From NCBI GenBank assembly GCA_963827235.1, contig CAWHAE010000009.1:832001-896000 (forward strand): a stretch of 64,000 nucleotides of DNA, written 5' to 3'. This document shows, piece by piece, positions 58,354 to 64,000 of the stretch. The translations under genes and the position numbers were made by a program. Numbering within the stretch: the first letter of the stretch is position 1; every line of letters begins with the position of its first letter. Below the pieces are notes generated by a model. It worked only from the letters and a program-made list of their open reading frames with translations, was not told where the DNA came from and made no database searches. This stretch comes from an uncultured bacterium (GTDB lineage Bacteria > Chloroflexota > UBA5177 > JANWHV01).

Positions 58354-60105
58354 CTACCACTGCATGGCCTGCTGAACCTTGCCCACGCAATGGGCAACGT
58401 CCTCGTTGTTCGGCGCGATCTGCGCTGCAGCGCTGATTGCCGCCTGTGCCTCCTCCAGCCTGTCGCAGCGCAACAGGCTCAGCGTGAGCGCGCACAAGAT
58501 AGACACGCTTCGCGGATCCAGCTCGCGCGCGCGCAGCAGGGCTTGCAAGGCGTCGGCGTCCAGGTTCCCTGCCATGAGTGCGATCCCCAGTCCATACAGC
58601 GCTTCCGGCAAGTCCGGCCGCGCGCTGGCTACGAACGTGTACGCTTGCAGTGCTTCCTCGATCCGCCCCTGGTTCAGGGCGCTATAACCCAGGGCCAGTG
58701 CGGACGGCCAGTAGCCGGGAAGCAGCTCGAGGGCGCGCTTGTTGTGCCATTCCGCTGCATCGTCCTGTCCTGTGCGCACGGAGCAGCGAGCAGCCAGAAT
58801 GTGCAGATACGGCAGCGAATCGCTCATCTCGAGACCGGCGACGCACGCCTCGACGGCATCCTCGATGCGGCCCAGACGGTAGGCGGCGACGGCCAGCTGG
58901 TAGAGCGAATCGGGCGTCGACGCTCCCCTGGCATCGACCTGTGCGAGGACCTCGTAGGCACGCTCGTGCTCGCCCGCCGTCGCAAGGTAGGAGCCGAGCC
59001 TGAGCAGGACTTTCGGTTGGTCCGGATCGAGATCGAGGGCGATCTGCCACTGGATTGCCGCGCCCGCGATGCGGTTGGAGGCCGCGAGCACGTTGCCTTG
59101 CAGGACATAGGCAGCCGGGTGATCCGGGGCAATATCGAGCAAGCGCTGAACGATCCTTCTGGCGCGAGCGAAATGGCCTGCGCGGTAGGCTTGCTGGCCT
59201 GCGAGCACCAGCGCGTTGACGTTGTCGGGCTGCTGCCCGAGGACGGCGGAAGCCAGCACGACGGCCTGCGCATTGAATCCATCCTGCTCGAGGATACGTG
59301 CGACGCGCTCGAGGGCCACGACACCCGGCTCGCCCCAGGCTTCCATCGTGCCAATCAGGTCGTCGCTCACGGCATCGTCGGCCGGGTTTGCCGCGATCTC
59401 CGCGGCAAGCACGGCGGCAGGGGCCTCGAAATCGGGGTCCAGCGCCAGCGCTTCGAACAACTTGGCGCGAGCTTCCAACGGGTTCGCATGCGTAATGCCG
59501 TGCTGCGCGCGCAAATCGACGCCGCTCAAGTAGGCAAGCAGTGCGTCCAGCCGGCTGGTTTCACGGCACTCGACGTACTCGAGCTGGTCGTCGCTGAGCT
59601 CCAGGCCGAGCGCGTTGGTCACCGTGATTGCCACGTCGCCGGCGGCGTCGAGCAGGTCTTCCGGGTCGCCGATCAGCGTGTCCTCGAACAGGGTAGTCTT
59701 CTGTGCCGCGTCTCGGAGCGTGAGGCTCCAGCGGAGCGCCGGGTTCAGGGTGATCGCGCCCGAGAGGACATACTCGGCGTGCCAGCTCGTGCTGCAGAAG
59801 AATGCTTGCTCGTCCGACAGGGGATGATGGATGGGCACGTATCGGCGACCATCCGGGCCGGTAAGCACGAGCAGGCCAAGGCCGGTTATCAACTCCGAGA
59901 TCGGGCCCAGCCTTCGTTGCACGAGCTCCCCGACTCGTCGGCCGAGGGCTTCCTCACCCTGTGATGTCGAGAACGGCAGGATGAGCAGGCTGCGACCGTC
60001 CGTTGCCGGGCAGTCTACCACCATCGACAGCTTCTCGGCCCCGGCTTCGCGCCTCGCGGCCGCAGCCGTGGCTTGGTCGCGCAGGCCGGAACCCTGCGAG
60101 GCCAT
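58354..60105 (-). CDS. Tetratricopeptide repeat protein with an N-terminal alpha/beta (TolB-N-like) domain
   Basis: LLILPFS...YVLSGAI; many TPRs (ALDLDPDQP, ARPDLPEALYGLG). Confidence 0.82.
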   Translation of the reverse strand: MASQGSGLRDQATAAAARREAGAEKLSMVVDCPATDGRSLLILPFSTSQGEEALGRRVGELVQRRLGPISELITGLGLLVLTGPDGRRYVPIHHPLSDEQAFFCSTSWHAEYVLSGAITLNPALRWSLTLRDAAQKTTLFEDTLIGDPEDLLDAAGDVAITVTNALGLELSDDQLEYVECRETSRLDALLAYLSGVDLRAQHGITHANPLEARAKLFEALALDPDFEAPAAVLAAEIAANPADDAVSDDLIGTMEAWGEPGVVALERVARILEQDGFNAQAVVLASAVLGQQPDNVNALVLAGQQAYRAGHFARARRIVQRLLDIAPDHPAAYVLQGNVLAASNRIAGAAIQWQIALDLDPDQPKVLLRLGSYLATAGEHERAYEVLAQVDARGASTPDSLYQLAVAAYRLGRIEDAVEACVAGLEMSDSLPYLHILAARCSVRTGQDDAAEWHNKRALELLPGYWPSALALGYSALNQGRIEEALQAYTFVASARPDLPEALYGLGIALMAGNLDADALQALLRARELDPRSVSILCALTLSLLRCDRLEEAQAAISAAAQIAPNNEDVAHCVGKVQQAMQW

Positions 60106-60283
60106 ACCCTGCTCCCCTCAGCATCTGACACGTGATGCCGGATGCACGTTCCATCCCCGGCCGGCATTGCAGGCGGGCACGGCACAGCTTCCGGTACTCT
60201 CGATGCGACGTACCGTCTGGTAAGGATCAGTATGGACCGTGGAGTGCAGGCTCGCAAGCAGTGCTTTCGGGTAGATAGGTCTG

Positions 60284-61270
60284 CTATCCGGCGTCTGAAG
60301 ACTCCGGGCCGGGCAGCGGCGAATCGGAAGCGGGGTCCTGCGCGGCGGCTTCGAGGTTGTGCTCGCCGGGCTCGTCGTCTGCGTCAGCCGCCTGGTCGTC
60401 GAGCTCTTCGCCTTCCTCGTATTCCTCGTCGTCGCTCTCGTCGTCCTCGACGGCATAGGCGGGATCGAAGACCCAGGGCTTGAGCAGCATGAAATAGACG
60501 CCGAGCACCAACAGCGCCTGCACCACCACTGCCGTGATCTGCGCCTGCTTGAGGCCGAGCGCTACGATGTCGTTGTCCCGCCAGATGAAGAGAATGAACT
60601 GGCCGACACAATAGAGGCTGAGGTAGAGCACGAACAGCATGCCGGCCGGTCTCAGCCGGTTGCGAAGCGGCCAAATGACGGCGAACAAGCCAAGGCAAAA
60701 CAGGAACTCGTATGCCGCGGCCGGCTGCACGGGCACGTTGAGCAGATCCTGCGGGACAAATCCGTTGTTCGCGTTGCTGTACTTCACCGCCCAGGGAAGA
60801 TTGCTCTGGTACCCGATGATGTCGCCGTTGATCAAGTTGCCGACGCGCCCGACTGCCTGGGCAAGCGGCGCGAAGATCGCCGCGCAATCCAACGCCAGTC
60901 CCAGCGGCACCTTCTCGATGCGGGCCAGCACGATCAACGTCGGCACGCCGAGGATGACCGCGCCGAAGAAGGCCATGCCGCCCTGCCAGAGCGCCACGAT
61001 GTCGCCGGGATGGTTCGCGTAGTGCCCTGGGTCGTTCTGCACGACATAATACAGGCGGCCGCCGATCAGGCCGGCGATGACCACGCCCGCCGCGATGTTC
61101 CAGATCTGCTCGCTGGTGATCTCCAGGCTGCGCGCGTATGGCACCATGACCAGCATGCCCACCACGATGGCGAGCAGATAGGCCAGGGCGTACCAACGGA
61201 GGGAGAACGGGCCCGCCTTTACGAGCACGGGGTCGATATTGATCGTGACGTAGCCGAGCAGTGCGAGCAT
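60284..61270 (-). CDS. lgt: Prolipoprotein diacylglyceryl transferase with an acidic C-terminal tail
   Basis: INIDP, LRWYAL, GGRLYYV, WQGGMAFFG, QAVGRVGNLINGD, QPAAAYE. Confidence 0.92.
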   Translation of the reverse strand: MLALLGYVTINIDPVLVKAGPFSLRWYALAYLLAIVVGMLVMVPYARSLEITSEQIWNIAAGVVIAGLIGGRLYYVVQNDPGHYANHPGDIVALWQGGMAFFGAVILGVPTLIVLARIEKVPLGLALDCAAIFAPLAQAVGRVGNLINGDIIGYQSNLPWAVKYSNANNGFVPQDLLNVPVQPAAAYEFLFCLGLFAVIWPLRNRLRPAGMLFVLYLSLYCVGQFILFIWRDNDIVALGLKQAQITAVVVQALLVLGVYFMLLKPWVFDPAYAVEDDESDDEEYEEGEELDDQAADADDEPGEHNLEAAAQDPASDSPLPGPESSDAG

Positions 61271-61690
61271 CACGCCTCCAAGTCCAATAGCTTTCAGGCG
61301 ATGCGCTGTTGATCGCCGTCGCCGCGTTCCATGAGGCCAATCTGTCGCCTGCTCCGGCTCGCGTGGCGAGGACAGCATGTCGGACGGGCCGCAAAGAGGA
61401 TACCATGCCAGGCCATTGGTGCGGTATGCTCAGGCTAGAGGCGATTTCTGGTGGGAGGTGAAGCTCGCAGGAGTTCCGTGACAACTGCGCCGAAGAGCGC
61501 GCGAAGAGTGGCAACTGAGAAGGCCAGGCCGGGTGTTCCACGGCGTTCAGCCGATGCGCCGCTCCGCTTGGAAGCCGCTTCTCTATCCGCGTTGAGACGG
61601 GAGAAGCGAAAAGTGGCACACTACTATCACGTGTGGTGAATCGCAGGTCATGATGTGTGTCGTGCGTAACCAGACCGGAGGTTTCGTCGG

Positions 61691-61957
61691 ATGTTGACCT
61701 TCTTGTTTCTCGTAGCGCTGGCAGTGATCGGCTTTGCGGCGGGTCGCTTGCGCAGAGCGCCTGCATTCCTCGATGGGGCTGCGCTTGCCGGTCTGGCAGC
61801 CGTCGCTTTCGTGCCGTTTGGATTTCACATCTTCGCCCTCGTCGTGGGCGTGCTGTGCCTAGCGGGCGGCTTCGTGGGCGGTGCAACCAGCGACGTGCGC
61901 AACATGAACAGGCGCAGACTGGGCGGCGGCGGCCGCGGCGGCTTGCTCGGCCGCTAG
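61691..61957 (+). CDS. Small membrane protein
   Basis: GGAGG RBS; three hydrophobic segments; ends 6 bp before the ArgE-like gene. Confidence 0.65.
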   Translation: MLTFLFLVALAVIGFAAGRLRRAPAFLDGAALAGLAAVAFVPFGFHIFALVVGVLCLAGGFVGGATSDVRNMNRRRLGGGGRGGLLGR

Positions 61958-61963
61958 GAGACA

Positions 61964-63253
61964 ATGCCGCTGCAGCCGATCGAGCGCGCGGTGCATGACG
62001 CGATCGACGAACGCGAGCTCGTCGAGACCATTCGTGACCTCGTTCGCGTCCCGAGCGTTACGGGCGACGAGCGCGCCGCGCAGCAATGGCTGGCGCAACG
62101 CCTGGGCGAGTGCGCGCTTGACGTCGATTACTGGCCGATAGACCTGCAGGCAATTCGCGACGATCCGTCATATCCCGGCGAGGAAACCGAGCGGAACGAC
62201 GCCTACGGGCTGACGGGTGCCCTTGGCGGCGACGCCGGACCGCGCTTGATCCTCAACGGGCACATTGACGTCGTGCCGCCGGGCAATCGAGAGAACTGGC
62301 ACGTCGATCCCTGGTGCGGCGATCTGCGCGACGGCCGCGTGTTTGGGCGGGGCGCCTGCGATATGAAAGGCGGCCTGGCGGCAGCGTTTGCCGCGATGCG
62401 CGCCGTGCAGCGGTCGGGAGTGCGGCTGCTGGGCAGCGTGCAGCTACAGAGTGTGGTAGGGGAAGAGGATGGCGGTATCGGCACGCTGGCGACTCTCCGT
62501 CGCGGGCATACAGGCGATGCGGCGGTGATTGTGGAGCCTACCGAGCTGAGCCTCATCCCAGCCCAGGCCGGCGCCCTCGGATTCGCCCTGTGCGTGCCGG
62601 GCCGTGCCGCACATGCGTGTGAGCGGCTGGCTGGGGTAAGCGCGATCGAGAAGTTCCTGCCGCTCTTCAGCGCTCTGCAGCGGCTCGAGCGGCGACGCAA
62701 CACCGGCGTCGGCCATCCGCTGTTTGCCGGGCAACCCTTGCCGTATCCACTGAGCATCGGCATGCTGCGCTCCGGGAACTGGCTCTCCACGGTGCCCGAA
62801 GAGCTCGAGGCGATCGGGCGCTACGGCGTGGCAATCGGAGAGGACCTTGCGTCGGCCCAGCGCGAGCTGGAGGAAGCTGTCCGCGCGGCGGCCCGTGAGG
62901 ATCCCTGGCTGGCCGCGCACTCACCGCGCGTGAGTTGGATCGGCGGGCGCTTTGCACCGGCCGCCACACCAACGGAGCATCCGTTTGTCGGCCTGCTGGC
63001 CGGCTGCGTGGTCGACGTGGAGGGCGCCGAACCGGCAGTCGAGGCCGCTACGTACGGGTCTGATCTGCGCCATTTCGTCAACGAGGCGCACATGCCGGCC
63101 GTGCTGTTTGGGCCTGGAGGCGCCCGTACCGCTCACATGCCGGACGAATTCGTGTCCGTGGCGCAGGTTATTGCTGCAGCTCGCATTCTAGCCGTGTTGA
63201 TCGTCCGTTACTGCGGCGTGGAACGAAGCTCGTGGCCTGTCGACCAGCAGTAG
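61964..63253 (+). CDS. ArgE/DapE family M20 deacylase
   Basis: LNGHIDVVP, GRGACDMKGG, GEEDGG, VEPT, YGSD, AHMPDE. Confidence 0.92.
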   Translation: MPLQPIERAVHDAIDERELVETIRDLVRVPSVTGDERAAQQWLAQRLGECALDVDYWPIDLQAIRDDPSYPGEETERNDAYGLTGALGGDAGPRLILNGHIDVVPPGNRENWHVDPWCGDLRDGRVFGRGACDMKGGLAAAFAAMRAVQRSGVRLLGSVQLQSVVGEEDGGIGTLATLRRGHTGDAAVIVEPTELSLIPAQAGALGFALCVPGRAAHACERLAGVSAIEKFLPLFSALQRLERRRNTGVGHPLFAGQPLPYPLSIGMLRSGNWLSTVPEELEAIGRYGVAIGEDLASAQRELEEAVRAAAREDPWLAAHSPRVSWIGGRFAPAATPTEHPFVGLLAGCVVDVEGAEPAVEAATYGSDLRHFVNEAHMPAVLFGPGGARTAHMPDEFVSVAQVIAAARILAVLIVRYCGVERSSWPVDQQ

Positions 63254-63324
63254 CTTCTGTGGGAAGCGGCCTGACACTTCAGCGACCATTCGTTCCCGCC
63301 GCGCTGCCGGCCGGCGGGGGACGC

Positions 63325-63362
63325 ACTGCATAAATCCGACTATTCCTGCATAAGGATTGATC
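63325..63362 (+). promoter_or_regulatory. Possible tandem ARG boxes (ArgR operator)
   Basis: TGCATAA at 63327 and 63347 (20-bp period); box 2 is TGCATaaggATTGA. Confidence 0.35.
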
Positions 63363-63658
63363 CGTTTCTGCCTCGATGCGGTATCATGGCTCACATCGTT
63401 TGCCGGTACCGATGGGGCGCGACGGCACGTGTGGTCAAAGGAGGTGCAACGCCAGGCGGTAAGGTAGAGCAATTGCGGCCTAGTACTGGGTGATTCTTCA
63501 CGATCGTCAAGCCTGGATCCCGTGGATCCCGAAGGCTGGCTCGGTAGACTCAGGGCGGACTTTACCGAGCCGAAGATTCGATGCCGAATCTCGTACTCCA
63601 CGCTCTCTGTGTTTATCCCCTGTGAACTTGAGTCATGTCACACTTCGAGGAGTCCCTG

Positions 63659-64000
63659 ATGAAGCGAATTCGTTTGATGATCGCCGGCATCGCCATGGTG
63701 AGTCTGCTGCCGCTGTCCGGCGCGGCTCATGGCGCTTCCCAGGTCACACCGCCGCCCGGCCTCAGGACGAGCGGCGCGCTCACCTTTGGCACGAACTTCG
63801 GCTATCCTCCCATGGAGGAGCTGATCGGCAAGAGCGCCACCATACAGTCCGGCGCAGACGTGGAGATTGGCAGGGCGATTGCCGCCAAGATGGGTCTGCG
63901 CGCTGTGTTCATCAACATCACCGATTTCGGCGTGATCATTACCGGCCTGCAGAGCCACCACTACGATGCGATCATCTCCTCGGTGAACATCACACCCGAT
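63659..64000 (+). CDS. Amino-acid ABC transporter substrate-binding protein (family 3), truncated by the window edge
   Basis: Signal peptide; LTFGTNFGYPPME, GADVEIGRAIAAKMGL, GLQSHHYDAIISS. Confidence 0.9.
   Translation, partial: MKRIRLMIAGIAMVSLLPLSGAAHGASQVTPPPGLRTSGALTFGTNFGYPPMEELIGKSATIQSGADVEIGRAIAAKMGLRAVFINITDFGVIITGLQSHHYDAIISSVNITPD

Noticed and set aside
56749-61964. Long alternative ORFs 56749-58101(-), 58132-59964(+) and 60384-61964(-)
   Set aside because: They overlap well-supported DUF4331, TPR and lgt genes and have non-protein-like composition
63430-63610. Canonical lysine riboswitch call
   Set aside because: Several invariant blocks are missing; kept only as an unclassified structured leader

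Overview
A 64 kb, GC-rich bacterial chromosomal segment. Gene content suggests a Chloroflexota- or Actinomycetota-like soil organism, but that is inference only. I found no rRNA, tRNA, CRISPR array, integrase or intact IS. From left to right the window holds: (1) an MFS transporter, a polysaccharide deacetylase, DUF1697, an acyltransferase and OsmC; (2) an XRE-HTH/degenerate cyclase/STAND-ATPase/TPR regulator divergent from a small-gene cluster (sORF, dimeric barrel, SnoaL, VOC) whose promoter carries 11-bp-period direct repeats; (3) a class II aldolase, an OsmC relic, an SDR and a URO-D-like gene; (4) an ABC-2 exporter and a nitrilase; (5) a ~16 kb island of soluble signalling proteins, including a 2,100-aa pseudokinase-AAA-GAF-PAS-HK-REC protein, two REC-HK hybrids, a pseudo-receiver, a GAF/PAS HisKA_3 kinase with a NarL regulator, and a duplicated inverted 67-bp promoter element; (6) a YVTN propeller; (7) a polyol/sugar catabolic locus with two DeoR paralogues; (8) a two-gene operon of giant uncharacterised proteins (~1,700 aa with a Tat-like signal, plus ~1,330 aa), which is the best candidate for an undescribed system; (9) a cupin, a Tat mini-protein plus DUF4331, a TPR protein, lgt, an ArgE-like deacylase and the start of an amino-acid ABC binding protein with a structured leader. 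Family calls come from motif recognition only. No database searches were run.
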